64,000 nt of DNA from Sulfurovum sp. UBA4779 (lineage in GTDB: Bacteria > Campylobacterota > Campylobacteria > Campylobacterales > Sulfurovaceae). A model generated the notes under the pieces. The model searched no databases and had not been told where the DNA came from. It saw nothing but the letters and a program-made list of their open reading frames with translations. Positions within the stretch are counted from its first letter, which is position 1. Each line of letters begins with the position of its first letter. Shown here one piece after another: positions 38,185 through 48,497 of the stretch. The position numbers were made by a program, and so were the translations under genes. The stretch spans positions 28,200-92,199 of the forward strand of contig DHHF01000009.1 of assembly GCA_002403155.1 (NCBI GenBank), read 5' to 3'.

Positions 38185-39516
38185 TCAATGAATCCCTAAG
38201 ACATCAAACTGCACATACCATACTGCCAGCGACACAAAATATCCTGCAAGAACCGTCCAGGCATATTTCATGTGGGAAGAGAATGTATAGATACCGTGCA
38301 GTTTGCCCATGACTCCTACCCCGGCAGCGCTTCCAAAAGAGATCAGCGATCCTCCTATCCCGGCCGTCATCGTAACGAGCATCCATTGCGCTTGTGCATT
38401 TTCTCCCATGTTCGGATCGGCTTTAAGCACTGCCGACATGACAGGTACGTTATCAACAATAGCAGAAAGAAACCCCACACCGATATTGACAACAGTTGCG
38501 CCAAATTGGCTATACAATGTCGTAAAATACTCTAAAAAGCCTAAAAAATGCAGTCCGCCGACTGCGGCTAAAATCCCGAAGAAAAAAAGCAACGTATCGT
38601 TTTCAATTTTAGCGATAAATGAAAAAATATTCACGCGGGGACAAGCAGTACCGTCGCTTTCATACCTTACTTCTCTGTTCATTCTGTAAACATAAAGCTT
38701 CAAAATTGCCAACCCGAACATCATGCCCCACATGGCAGGCAGATGAAGCACCTGATGAGAGATAACCGCAGAGGCTATGGTCAATGCAAAAAGCCCTATT
38801 ATCACTTTTCCGCCATATGCAATGTGCACCTCTTTTTCTCCCTGAATAAAAGGAGGATTTCCTTTTGGCACAAAACGGCTCAATAAAAAAGCAGTGACAT
38901 ACCATCCCAAAAATGAGGCAGGGAAAAGATACAGAAAATCTACAAACTCTCCCTTTTTATCCACCCACACCATCAGCGTCGTAATATCGCCAAACGGGCT
39001 CCATGCCCCGCCTGCGTTTGCTGCGACAACGATATTGATCGCCGCAGGCACGAGGAATGCTTTTGTTTCTTTATCAATGGTGATCAATACCGTCGAAAGG
39101 ATCAACGCCGTGGTAAGATTATCCGCTACAGGCGAGATAAAAAATGCCAAAAGGCCCGTAATCCAAAAAAGTTTTTGATAACTGTATCCTTTTGAGACAA
39201 GCCTATAGCGAAGGGCAGAAAATACATTCCTGTCGATCATCGCTTCGATATAGGTCATTGCAACATACAAAAAGAAAAAAATTCCGGCAATCTCGTAGAT
39301 AAGCAGTTCTATTTCATGATGCAAATGTTTGCCGTCTAAACCGTTAAGCGCATAATAGAATCCTATCAGCATAAAAATAAAAGTTCCTGCAAACAGTGCA
39401 GGCTTTGCCTTGTTGATATGATATTTGTCTTCCATGGCAATAAAATAATATCCCACCACAAATATAATCAACGAAGCGATCCCCACCCAACTCGTCGTTA
39501 AATTCAAATCGTGCAT
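38185..39516 (-). CDS. nhaD: Na+/H+ antiporter NhaD
   Basis: EDKYHINKAKPAL, ISPVADNLTTAL, AANAGGAWSPFGDITTLMVW, SAIVDNVP, SFGSAAGV. Confidence 0.92.
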   Translation of the reverse strand: MHDLNLTTSWVGIASLIIFVVGYYFIAMEDKYHINKAKPALFAGTFIFMLIGFYYALNGLDGKHLHHEIELLIYEIAGIFFFLYVAMTYIEAMIDRNVFSALRYRLVSKGYSYQKLFWITGLLAFFISPVADNLTTALILSTVLITIDKETKAFLVPAAINIVVAANAGGAWSPFGDITTLMVWVDKKGEFVDFLYLFPASFLGWYVTAFLLSRFVPKGNPPFIQGEKEVHIAYGGKVIIGLFALTIASAVISHQVLHLPAMWGMMFGLAILKLYVYRMNREVRYESDGTACPRVNIFSFIAKIENDTLLFFFGILAAVGGLHFLGFLEYFTTLYSQFGATVVNIGVGFLSAIVDNVPVMSAVLKADPNMGENAQAQWMLVTMTAGIGGSLISFGSAAGVGVMGKLHGIYTFSSHMKYAWTVLAGYFVSLAVWYVQFDVLGIH

Positions 39517-39524
39517 TTTAATCC

Positions 39525-40973
39525 TTATGATTCAATATAGTGTGAGCCAAGCGACTCTTTGCGTGCTAAAGCAGCATCTACAATTGCAGAAGCCGTATTG
39601 AGACGCAATTTCAACAATCGCCCTATCTCTTTATTTTTCATATCATAGATAAGATTCTTGGCTTCATGCAATCCTTTGGCAGTGCGAATGATACCGACAT
39701 CATCCCACATCACTTGCCGCAGACGCTGTTTGTACATTTTGTCGTTTTCTTTGTGCAGAATATTACCGTAATCTTTATCAAACTTGGGTATTCTCCCTTC
39801 TTTCTTGCTTTTTGCCAGAAGATGCGCAGTTGCTCTTTTGGCAAAAACAACCCCCTCCAGCAAAGAGTTGGACGCGAGCCGATTGGCACCGTGAACGCCC
39901 GTCCTGGCTGCTTCTCCTATCACATATAAACCTTCCACTCCTTCTATACAGCCATGGGTGTCGCTTTTTATCCCGCCGTTGGCATAGTGAAAAGCCGGAG
40001 AGATGGGGACTCTGTCTTGAGGAAAGCGATAGCCAAGCGCACCGAACGTGCGTGTAATATTGGGGAATCTTTCCCTAAACCATGACTCTTCAAACATAGA
40101 AAAATCCAGATAGGCTTCTTCTCCTGTTTGGCGTTTATAATCAAAAATGCCTCTGGCTACAATGTCTCTGCCCGCCAATTCACCCCGCTCGTCATAATCA
40201 AACAAAAAACGCCTTCCCTCTTTATCTACCACATGCGCACCTTCGCCCCTCAGTGCTTCTGTAAGAAGCAGCTTTCTGGCAAAAGGCGTTTTGACAAAAA
40301 CCGTAGGATGAAACTGCATAAATTCCATATCGGCCAGCTCTATGCCTTTTTCAACACAGATGCCGTGAATATCCGCACTGACGGTACGGGAATTGGTATT
40401 GTAGGCATACAGTGATCCGATCCCGCCCGATGCGATAATGACATCATCCGCATAAATAGCAGTAGGTTCATAATTGACAGTTGCTTTGACGCCGTAACAT
40501 CTTCCATTTTCAATAAGCAGATCATATACCAATGTATTTTTCTGCAAATGATGCATGTTTTGCACCATCATAAAATAGTGGAGATATCGCCCGGTTGCAT
40601 CCCCCCCCGCATGGATAATGCGTGCTACCGAATGTGCCGCCTCTTTGGTATAAAGAAGGTTGCCTTGGCTGTCTTTATCAAACTCCATGCCTCTTTGGAT
40701 AATATCTGCCGTCGTTTCAAGCGAGGTACGCGAAAGAATCTCTACTGCTTCTTTATTGTTATGATAAGAACCTGCAGCCATCGTATCTTCCACATGCAAA
40801 GCGATATCTGCTTCATTCAAAGCCGTTACCATCCCCCCCTGTGCATAAAAGGTATTGCATTCCCACGGAATATCTTTGCATACGACTAAAACTTTTTTGC
40901 TTTTCGGCAGCTGCAAAGCAGCATATAATCCTGCAATCCCTGCGCCGATGATCAGTACGTCATATTTGTTCAT
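39525..40973 (-). CDS. nadB: L-aspartate oxidase
   Basis: IGAGIAGL, NTFYAQGG, EAAHSVARIIH, QFHPT, EALRGEG, ELAGRD, HGANRLASNSLLE. Confidence 0.93.
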   Translation of the reverse strand: MNKYDVLIIGAGIAGLYAALQLPKSKKVLVVCKDIPWECNTFYAQGGMVTALNEADIALHVEDTMAAGSYHNNKEAVEILSRTSLETTADIIQRGMEFDKDSQGNLLYTKEAAHSVARIIHAGGDATGRYLHYFMMVQNMHHLQKNTLVYDLLIENGRCYGVKATVNYEPTAIYADDVIIASGGIGSLYAYNTNSRTVSADIHGICVEKGIELADMEFMQFHPTVFVKTPFARKLLLTEALRGEGAHVVDKEGRRFLFDYDERGELAGRDIVARGIFDYKRQTGEEAYLDFSMFEESWFRERFPNITRTFGALGYRFPQDRVPISPAFHYANGGIKSDTHGCIEGVEGLYVIGEAARTGVHGANRLASNSLLEGVVFAKRATAHLLAKSKKEGRIPKFDKDYGNILHKENDKMYKQRLRQVMWDDVGIIRTAKGLHEAKNLIYDMKNKEIGRLLKLRLNTASAIVDAALARKESLGSHYIES

Positions 40974-41085
40974 TTGCTTGTCCTTTTGGCTGCATGGTGC
41001 TGTTTTGGTCAGACACATAAACAGGATCGGTTTTATATCCGCATCCCCCCATCATCATACAGCAAAGAAATGCTATAATATATTT

Positions 41086-41535
41086 ATGAAAACTTCGCAT
41101 GCTATTTTGTCTCATCTTACGCATCAGCCTCAATTTAGATTTTTAAAAAAACAGGGATGCTATCATAAATTCATTCAACTGTTGGGTGCAAAATACCAAA
41201 GTGCCATCGCTTTTGTTTACATTAAAAACGAAACGCTGTTTGTGGCGACAACCCATCCTGCTTTTAAAATGGAACTCAATTATAATAGAGATTTATTAAA
41301 AAGCGTATTAACGCAATTGCGTATCCACGATAGCGAATGCGCCTTTATGGACGCGCGCGAAGTGATTGTTTTTCACAGCAAATACTATCCGGTCGAAAAC
41401 AATAAGCCGCTTATTTCTACTATTCCCTACTATCAAGAGCGCTCAACCTCCCGGTTTGTAATCCAAACAGACAATTTGGCACTCAAAGAAAAATTCGAAC
41501 ATATCAAAGAACTGATACAGTGCAATCGGTCATAA
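41086..41535 (+). CDS. DUF721/DciA-like protein upstream of uvrC
   Basis: IKNETLFVATTHPAFKMELNY pattern; probably leaderless (TGCTATAAT 6 nt before the ATG). Confidence 0.6.
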   Translation: MKTSHAILSHLTHQPQFRFLKKQGCYHKFIQLLGAKYQSAIAFVYIKNETLFVATTHPAFKMELNYNRDLLKSVLTQLRIHDSECAFMDAREVIVFHSKYYPVENNKPLISTIPYYQERSTSRFVIQTDNLALKEKFEHIKELIQCNRS

Positions 41536-43310
41536 AAAATCTTCCTGTATCAGCAGGCATTTACCAGTACTTTGATGCTGCAGGAAAACTGCTCTATGTA
41601 GGAAAAGCAAAAAACCTCAAAAACAGAGTAAAAAGCTATTGGCGTTTTGCCCCGGAGTTTATGCCAAACCCCTCTCTTTCTACAAGAATTATCAAAATGC
41701 TGCATGAAGCGTATACTTTAGAATATATTGTCGTAGACAGTGAAGAGGATGCGCTTATTCTTGAAAACTCCCTCATTAAACAGCTCAAACCCAAATACAA
41801 CATTCTTCTTCGCGATGACAAAACCTATCCTTACATCTATATAGACGAATCTCAAGACTATCCGCGTTTTGAAATCACTAGGAAAATCATCAAAGGCAAA
41901 AAAATTACTTACTACGGGCCCTTTCCCAGCGGGGGAAAAGCGTTGTTTGATGCACTTTACGAGATCTACCCCCTGGTACAGAAAAAATCTTGCCTCAAAG
42001 AGGGCAAGGCCTGCCTGTTTTACCAAATCAAAAAATGTTTGGCGCCCTGCGAAAATAAAATATCGCCTACAGAATACGCCCAAATCATTGAAGAGGCAAA
42101 ATCTTCCCTGCGCAAACGAAGTAAACTGATTGCAGCGCTTGAAAAAAAAATGACACAACTCGCCCTGCAGGAGCGTTTTGAGGAGGCAGCAAAAATGCGG
42201 GATATGATCCAATCGATTGCCTCGCTCTCAACAGTCTCAGGCGTTGATCTTGCCAATTCTTTTGATGCGGATATTTTTGCGATACAAAACGGCCGGGAGC
42301 GGGGCGTTGCTGTCAAACTTTTTATACGAGAAGGAAAACTCATCTCGTCCTCTTATTCTTATTTTAGGCATACTCATATGTTTGATACCAATGAAGCCTA
42401 TAAACAATCGCTTCTTGAATTTTATGCGCCGGATATCCCTCAGGTATGTAAAACTATTTTGACTGCGCACGATTTTGAAGACAGCAAGCAAGTGGCCCAT
42501 ACGCTGTCAGTGCAATTTGACAAAAAAATAGAAATCCTTTGCCCCAAACGCGGCCCAAAAGCCAAACTGGTTGCGCTCGCAATGCAAAATTGCGAAGAGC
42601 TGCTGCGCAAACAGGATAACGATACCGTGATGGAACAAAAAATTGCAGACCTTTGTGATTTAAATGCCGTACCGTACCGTATAGAAACATTTGACAACTC
42701 CCATATGATGGGCACAGCTGCCGTAGGCGGCATGGTTGTCTGGAACGAAGACGGCTGGGATAAGCAATCGTATAGGCGATACGAACTTCATGAGCGCGAC
42801 GAATATAGCCAAATGAAAGAACTGCTTTCAAGACGCATCGCCGATTTTACGCAAAACCCTCCTCCCGATCTATGGATACTAGACGGGGGGCAGGCCAACC
42901 TTAACCTTGCCGTTGAACTTCTTAAAAAAAGCAAAACAAATCTTGATGTCATTGCTATCGCCAAAGAAAAACTTGATGCAAAAGCCCACCGTGCCAAAGG
43001 CGCCGCAAAAGATCTTATCTATACGCCCCATGGAACGATAGATCTCCAAAGCTCAGACAAGCGTCTTCAGTGGATTCAAAAACAAAGAGACGAGGCGCAC
43101 CGCTATGCCCTTGCGTATCATCAAAACAAGAAAAGAAAAGAAGACACCCAAATTTCCCTGCTCAGCCAAAAAGGGATAGGCAAAGCCACCCTTAAAAAAC
43201 TTATCGATTATTTCGGCACGTTTGAAGCCATCGAGAATGCATCTTCGGAGGAGCTAGAAAACGTCACAAATAAAAAAACTGCCCTGATCATAAAAAACTA
43301 TCAACGTTAA
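41520..43310 (+). CDS. uvrC: Excinuclease ABC subunit C
   Basis: GIY-YIG LYVGKAKNLKNRV, LRDDKTYPY, CLAPC, IETFDNSH, LDGG, RDEAHRYA, HhH. Confidence 0.97.
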   Translation: MQSVIKNLPVSAGIYQYFDAAGKLLYVGKAKNLKNRVKSYWRFAPEFMPNPSLSTRIIKMLHEAYTLEYIVVDSEEDALILENSLIKQLKPKYNILLRDDKTYPYIYIDESQDYPRFEITRKIIKGKKITYYGPFPSGGKALFDALYEIYPLVQKKSCLKEGKACLFYQIKKCLAPCENKISPTEYAQIIEEAKSSLRKRSKLIAALEKKMTQLALQERFEEAAKMRDMIQSIASLSTVSGVDLANSFDADIFAIQNGRERGVAVKLFIREGKLISSSYSYFRHTHMFDTNEAYKQSLLEFYAPDIPQVCKTILTAHDFEDSKQVAHTLSVQFDKKIEILCPKRGPKAKLVALAMQNCEELLRKQDNDTVMEQKIADLCDLNAVPYRIETFDNSHMMGTAAVGGMVVWNEDGWDKQSYRRYELHERDEYSQMKELLSRRIADFTQNPPPDLWILDGGQANLNLAVELLKKSKTNLDVIAIAKEKLDAKAHRAKGAAKDLIYTPHGTIDLQSSDKRLQWIQKQRDEAHRYALAYHQNKKRKEDTQISLLSQKGIGKATLKKLIDYFGTFEAIENASSEELENVTNKKTALIIKNYQR

Positions 43311-43585
43311 AAATACAAAATCCAAATTTTATGCTTAATCTCTGTGTTTTGAACAGCGTATTGTGTTTAATATTCTCCATCTTCAATCAAAAACAATTTC
43401 TCTTTCATTATAGTTTTAGCTTATTTGTTATATGGTTTTATATAAACGTACCGCAATCCGATAGATACTCATAAACGATGCATTCAAAAAAGAAGTGCAG
43501 ACAGGTTTATCTGTGGCCCTAAAAAGCAGGAGGGTTGAGGTGTTTTATAAGCTGCTTAAAACAATAAGAGGGAGTTGTTCGCATA

Positions 43586-44977
43586 ATGTATTATATAGCT
43601 GATCCAGAAAATAGAACCGTTCTTGCTGCCGATGAAAATTTTTTGAGTGTGTTGGGGGTTAAAAACATCAGTGAACTTTATATAAAAATGGCAAATGAAG
43701 AAATTGCATGTTTGTATTTGTCAGACGAAAAGGTCATCATTGAAACCCCTTACAGCCAAAATAGCTACCCTATCAAAAAAACTGCTCTTTCAAGCTTGCT
43801 TGGCACGGTATATTTGGTTGAACTTGAAATATCCGGCGAGGAAACCGTCAAAGCCGGGAATATTCAAGAAGAAACACCCATTTTAAAAGAAGATTTCCTT
43901 CAAATTAAAGAACCAAACGTATCAGACAACTCAGCAGAAAGCGATATCTTTAATGCTGACAATCCTGAGCATGACGATCTTATTTCCATCAAAGAACCTA
44001 TCGAACAAGATTTGCCCGCACCCGAAGCAAATGAAGAAAATGAACTGCTGCTGCTTCCGGCAGAAGAGTTTAGCCCTGCCGAATCTTTGCAAACAACATC
44101 CTTGAATGCAGAGCAACAAAACAATGACCTTTATGATCTTATCCTTCCCGGCGAAACGGACCATCATATCTCTGAAATTCAAACCCAAATACCGCCGCAG
44201 GCCGAGAATCAAACAAACAACATTCCCGATATCAGTCTTGATGCAGTAAAACTCAGCGAAAAAATAGGCGTTTCCGTCGAAGACTATAACCTCTTTTTAA
44301 ATGAATACATTGATACGGCGCTCATGCTGGAAGAGGATCTTCAAAGTTCAGAGGCAGATAAACAAAAAAATGCGATCCAAACACTTATGCATCTTTCTAA
44401 TGTACTGGGAATATCCGCAGCCTCCGATATCCTAGGACAAATTGATACTGCAGCCCAGAACGACAAAAAAATGCTTATAAAATCTTTTTATACGGCACTT
44501 TCCAAAATAACAACACATGTTCCTTCAAAAGAAGATCATGATCTTCTTTTGACTGCCGACGTAACACCGTATGACGATACGCAACCGGAAACACCGCTTC
44601 AGTCCGCACAAAGTTTCGGAAATATCAGTTTTGAAGAGGTCAAGCCTATTCACTTTGATTTTCAATTGAAACAAGCAGCAAATGATTTAAATCTGCCCCA
44701 AGAACTTGTCCAAGAATTTATGCTTGATTTTATCAAACAAGCGCATACCGAAACACAAAAGATGCTAGCAGCATACCAAAGAGGAGATTTGGCTGCTGTC
44801 CAAAAAATCGGGCATTTCCTTAAAGGGGTTGCAAGCAATCTGCGTATTGATCCGCTTGCTGATACACTTTATGATATACAGTTTTGTGAAGACAGCAGCC
44901 GTCTGGAAGATTTGATAAAACGCTATTGGGGACATTTTTTATCTTTTGAAAATCAAATGAATCTTACATCAAAATAA
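43586..44977 (+). CDS. Hpt-domain phosphotransfer protein (PAS-like N-terminus, acidic linker, pseudo-Hpt + canonical Hpt)
   Basis: C-terminal GHFLKGVASNLRI; internal degenerate copy IQTLMHLSNVLGI. Confidence 0.75.
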   Translation: MYYIADPENRTVLAADENFLSVLGVKNISELYIKMANEEIACLYLSDEKVIIETPYSQNSYPIKKTALSSLLGTVYLVELEISGEETVKAGNIQEETPILKEDFLQIKEPNVSDNSAESDIFNADNPEHDDLISIKEPIEQDLPAPEANEENELLLLPAEEFSPAESLQTTSLNAEQQNNDLYDLILPGETDHHISEIQTQIPPQAENQTNNIPDISLDAVKLSEKIGVSVEDYNLFLNEYIDTALMLEEDLQSSEADKQKNAIQTLMHLSNVLGISAASDILGQIDTAAQNDKKMLIKSFYTALSKITTHVPSKEDHDLLLTADVTPYDDTQPETPLQSAQSFGNISFEEVKPIHFDFQLKQAANDLNLPQELVQEFMLDFIKQAHTETQKMLAAYQRGDLAAVQKIGHFLKGVASNLRIDPLADTLYDIQFCEDSSRLEDLIKRYWGHFLSFENQMNLTSK

Positions 44978-44989
44978 CAGGAGCACCCG

Positions 44990-47900
44990 ATGACCATACG
45001 CAATAAACTTAAATTGGCCGGATTGGTGCCTATCGTAATTCTTATTTTGCTTGCAGGTTCTTTTTTTGTTACCTCCTATTTGAATTTTGAAAATGCCAAT
45101 GCACTCAAAACGACATTGAAAAACAATGCCAAACTTGCAGAGATGCTCTCTGAAGTCGGGAAAGAACGCGGATTGTCCGGGCTCTATATAGGAAACAGAC
45201 AAAAGGAATTTTTCGATCTGCTGATAAATCAGCGAGAAGCCCTGGATGCCTCTTTTGAAGCACTAAAAAACGGCCTTGTCGTTGAAAATAAAATCTATTT
45301 TCCAGCCATCGTAAACTTTTTTAACAAAGAGAGACAGTTTGGCCAATCGGCATATCGAGCACTTCTTTTGGATATTGAACAAATTGCTCTCATCAGAAAA
45401 GAGGTTGACAGCCCCGATGCAGATTTTCAAAAAATCTTTTTTGACGAATTTACGGCAAAAATTTCTACTCCTGCCTTAAACACTCTTTTACATATTAACC
45501 ATTATGCGCTAAACACCGAAATGGCTTCTTTGATTTCAACACTTTCGCAGCTTTATACGGCCAAAGAAAATGCCGGGCTTGAAAGAGGTTTTGTTTCGCA
45601 CTACATGACAAAAAAATCTTCTATGTCCTTTGAAGAGATAACGCTCTGGAACCAACTCAAAACCAAAGCCAACCTCTTTGATCTCAGCCAGGTTAAAGAT
45701 CCCATCTTGCGTTATCGGCTGGAAGAACTGTTTAATAGCCCTGAAGCTAAAGAAATACTTACAAACCTCGCTAAAACATCTGCTGCAATCCAAATGGATG
45801 TAGATGACGGAACATATACGCAAGATGTCATGGCTTGGTTTTCGCTGCAAACACAAAAAATTGCACTGCTTTCCAAAGCAGAACTTATCGTTTCGGGCAG
45901 ATTGTGGGAAAAAAGCGAAAGCTTTCTTCGCCAACAGCTTTTGTTGCTGATCATCGGTGCGGCTATCTTGCTTTTTGGTTTGATTTTGGCGTATCTTGGC
46001 TATACCATCAGTAGAGATATTACCAAAAACATCCAAGAACTTGAGGATATACTCAATAAAGCCGTAAATGAGATGAAAGAAGGCGGCCAGCATCTGAACC
46101 CTGTTACTGCTGCCATTGAAAATATTGAACTAGATACCCATAAAGGGACAAAAGAAGCTTACAGATTCCTAGAAATGCTCGTAGAGACTGCCAAACGAGA
46201 CAAACTTACCGCATTGCAAGCCAATGAAGCCAAATCGCTTTTCTTGGCAAACATGTCCCATGAAATCCGCACGCCTCTCAATGGCATTGTCGGTTTTACC
46301 GAGATATTAAAAGGCACAGAACTGACACCCGAACAAAAGGAATTTTTATCCATTATCGATAAGAGTTCTGAGAATCTGCTAAGCATCATTAACAATATTC
46401 TTGATCTTTCCAAAATAGAAAGCAATAAAATTGAAATAGAAAATATCGTGTTTGATGCGGCAGAAGAGTTTGAAAACGCTATAGAAACCTACACGGCGGG
46501 GGCTTCTGAAAAAAATATTGATCTTAACTTTTATATGGATCCTTCCATTTCTCCTAAACTCAAAGGTGATCCGACCAAAATCAAAGAAATCCTTATCAAT
46601 CTGCTCAGCAATGCCATTAAATTCACCAATCACGGCGGCGAAATCAACCTAGAGATCAGAAAATTAGAATCAGAATCAAACGAGGCAAAAAATCCTATCA
46701 AATTTAGTATTCACGACAACGGCATCGGCATGACCAAAGAACAGCAGCTGCATATCTTTGATGCCTTTGCACAAGCAGATAATTCCGTAACCAGAAAGTA
46801 CGGCGGCACAGGCCTTGGGCTTACCATATCCAGCCGGCTGGTTGAACTGATGGGAGGCAAACTTGAAGTGGAAAGCATAAAAGACGAAGGCACAACTTTT
46901 TATTTTACTTTGCCGATCGAAGAAATGACATTGCCGACGCTTCCAAGCTCCGAAAATGCATTCGCTGATATTATTGTCGGCAAATATCAGCAAAGTATTC
47001 CTACTAAACTTGATACTTATCTGGAAGAGTACTTCGAATATTTCGGTACACCGGTCAAACACTTTGACTCCCTAGAAAAATTCAAAGAACTCCATAGCCA
47101 TCAAGCATGCAAATGCTATTGGATCGATATCGACAAAGCTGATGAGAACATTATAGATGCACTAAAAAACATCGACAAGTCCGGCATTATCATTATTGCA
47201 AATATATCCGGCCGAAAAAAACTGGAATCGCTAGGCATATCCAAAGAAAACACACTCTATAAACCTATTACTATTTCAAAATTAAAAGCTGCATTAAACA
47301 AAAGCATAGAAAAAAAATCAGATACAATCACCAAAGAAGAGGTTCTGCTTGCAACAAAATTTGATGCACACGTATTGGTAACCGAAGACAATATCATCAA
47401 CCAAAAGCTCATTAAACGTGTTCTTGAGGATCACGGCATGACTGTCGATTTGGCGAATAACGGCCTTGAAGCATTTGAAAAACGCAAAAATAATAAATAT
47501 GACCTTCTTTTTATGGACATTCAAATGCCGGTGATGGACGGGATAGAAGCCACCCATGAAATACTAAGCTATGAAAAAGATGAAAAAATTTCTCACATTC
47601 CGATCATTGCGCTTACGGCAAACGCCCTTAAAGGCGATAGAGAAAAATTTATAAGCGAAGGCATGGATGAATATATTACCAAACCTATCGAAGCAAGCGA
47701 ACTGCTTTTTATCCTCAATAAATTTTTATCCCGCAACACAGTCCATACAACGCCAAATGAGCCGGTACAGGCAAAAAATGCTATCATGCAGGAAGAAGCA
47801 AACAACAATGAACCTAAAATGATTCTTATTGCAAAAAAATTCCCTTTAGAAAACAAAGTACTTGGAAAAATCATTGAAAATCTTGGGCTTGAGTATAAAA

Positions 47901-48085
47901 TTCTAACTGATTTTGATCAACTTGAAAATGAGCTTTCTTCCGGCAAATTTAATCTGGTATTTACCGATGAAAGCACAATGATTTCAGATGAGGCAAAAAA
48001 AATGTATCCAAATATCTCCATTATTACCGAAAGTGTAACCAAAGAAGAGATAGAAAATTTAATTAAAAAATACAGAGGACAATAA
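44990..48085 (+). CDS. Hybrid sensor histidine kinase with a NIT (nitrate/nitrite-sensing) periplasmic domain
   Basis: KERGLS and ENAGLERG NIT boxes; FLANMSHEIRTPLNG; YGGTGLGL; REC LLFMDIQMPVMDG; degenerate REC-like segments on either side. Confidence 0.88.
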   Translation: MTIRNKLKLAGLVPIVILILLAGSFFVTSYLNFENANALKTTLKNNAKLAEMLSEVGKERGLSGLYIGNRQKEFFDLLINQREALDASFEALKNGLVVENKIYFPAIVNFFNKERQFGQSAYRALLLDIEQIALIRKEVDSPDADFQKIFFDEFTAKISTPALNTLLHINHYALNTEMASLISTLSQLYTAKENAGLERGFVSHYMTKKSSMSFEEITLWNQLKTKANLFDLSQVKDPILRYRLEELFNSPEAKEILTNLAKTSAAIQMDVDDGTYTQDVMAWFSLQTQKIALLSKAELIVSGRLWEKSESFLRQQLLLLIIGAAILLFGLILAYLGYTISRDITKNIQELEDILNKAVNEMKEGGQHLNPVTAAIENIELDTHKGTKEAYRFLEMLVETAKRDKLTALQANEAKSLFLANMSHEIRTPLNGIVGFTEILKGTELTPEQKEFLSIIDKSSENLLSIINNILDLSKIESNKIEIENIVFDAAEEFENAIETYTAGASEKNIDLNFYMDPSISPKLKGDPTKIKEILINLLSNAIKFTNHGGEINLEIRKLESESNEAKNPIKFSIHDNGIGMTKEQQLHIFDAFAQADNSVTRKYGGTGLGLTISSRLVELMGGKLEVESIKDEGTTFYFTLPIEEMTLPTLPSSENAFADIIVGKYQQSIPTKLDTYLEEYFEYFGTPVKHFDSLEKFKELHSHQACKCYWIDIDKADENIIDALKNIDKSGIIIIANISGRKKLESLGISKENTLYKPITISKLKAALNKSIEKKSDTITKEEVLLATKFDAHVLVTEDNIINQKLIKRVLEDHGMTVDLANNGLEAFEKRKNNKYDLLFMDIQMPVMDGIEATHEILSYEKDEKISHIPIIALTANALKGDREKFISEGMDEYITKPIEASELLFILNKFLSRNTVHTTPNEPVQAKNAIMQEEANNNEPKMILIAKKFPLENKVLGKIIENLGLEYKILTDFDQLENELSSGKFNLVFTDESTMISDEAKKMYPNISIITESVTKEEIENLIKKYRGQ

Positions 48086-48086
48086 A

Positions 48087-48452
48087 ATGGCACTTAAGGT
48101 TTTGATTGTTGATGATGATTTTATCAATAGGAAATTATTGCAGACTCTTTTAAAAAAATATCCTAATGTCACAGATACTTTGGAAGCAGAAAACGGAGCA
48201 GATGCTTTAAAAACGATAAAAGAAAACTCAGACATTAGTCTTGTTTTGCTAGATTTGGTGATGCCTGTACTAGACGGCATCGAATTTTTAAAAATCTTTA
48301 GGTCGGATATGGCAACTACACATATTCCTGTTATTGTGCTTTCAACCGATGATACAAAAAAAACCGAAGCTCTCAATCATGGATCCAATGATTTTTTAAC
48401 AAAACCCATCAAAGAAGAGAAGCTTTTTGAGAAAATTGCACAGTGGTGTTAA
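48087..48452 (+). CDS. Single-domain response regulator (CheY-like)
   Basis: VLIVDD, LLDLVMPVLDG, FLTKP; no output domain. Confidence 0.92.
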   Translation: MALKVLIVDDDFINRKLLQTLLKKYPNVTDTLEAENGADALKTIKENSDISLVLLDLVMPVLDGIEFLKIFRSDMATTHIPVIVLSTDDTKKTEALNHGSNDFLTKPIKEEKLFEKIAQWC

Positions 48453-48497
48453 TCCTTACCCCCCTTCCCAAATAAAGAAAAGATTTTCGTATCAATT

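Noticed and set aside
38076-38185. Purine riboswitch upstream of guaA
   Set aside because: Only an A/T-rich terminator-like hairpin; no aptamer consensus
40601-40608. C8 (G8 on the coding strand) tract in nadB
   Set aside because: It encodes the conserved AGGDATG; housekeeping gene with an intact frame
43331-43474. 47-aa ORF between uvrC and the Hpt gene
   Set aside because: No SD and a low-complexity AT-rich composition; likely chance
43514-43530. Sigma54 promoter TGGC…GC upstream of the Hpt gene
   Set aside because: GG-to-GC spacing is 9 nt, not the required 10
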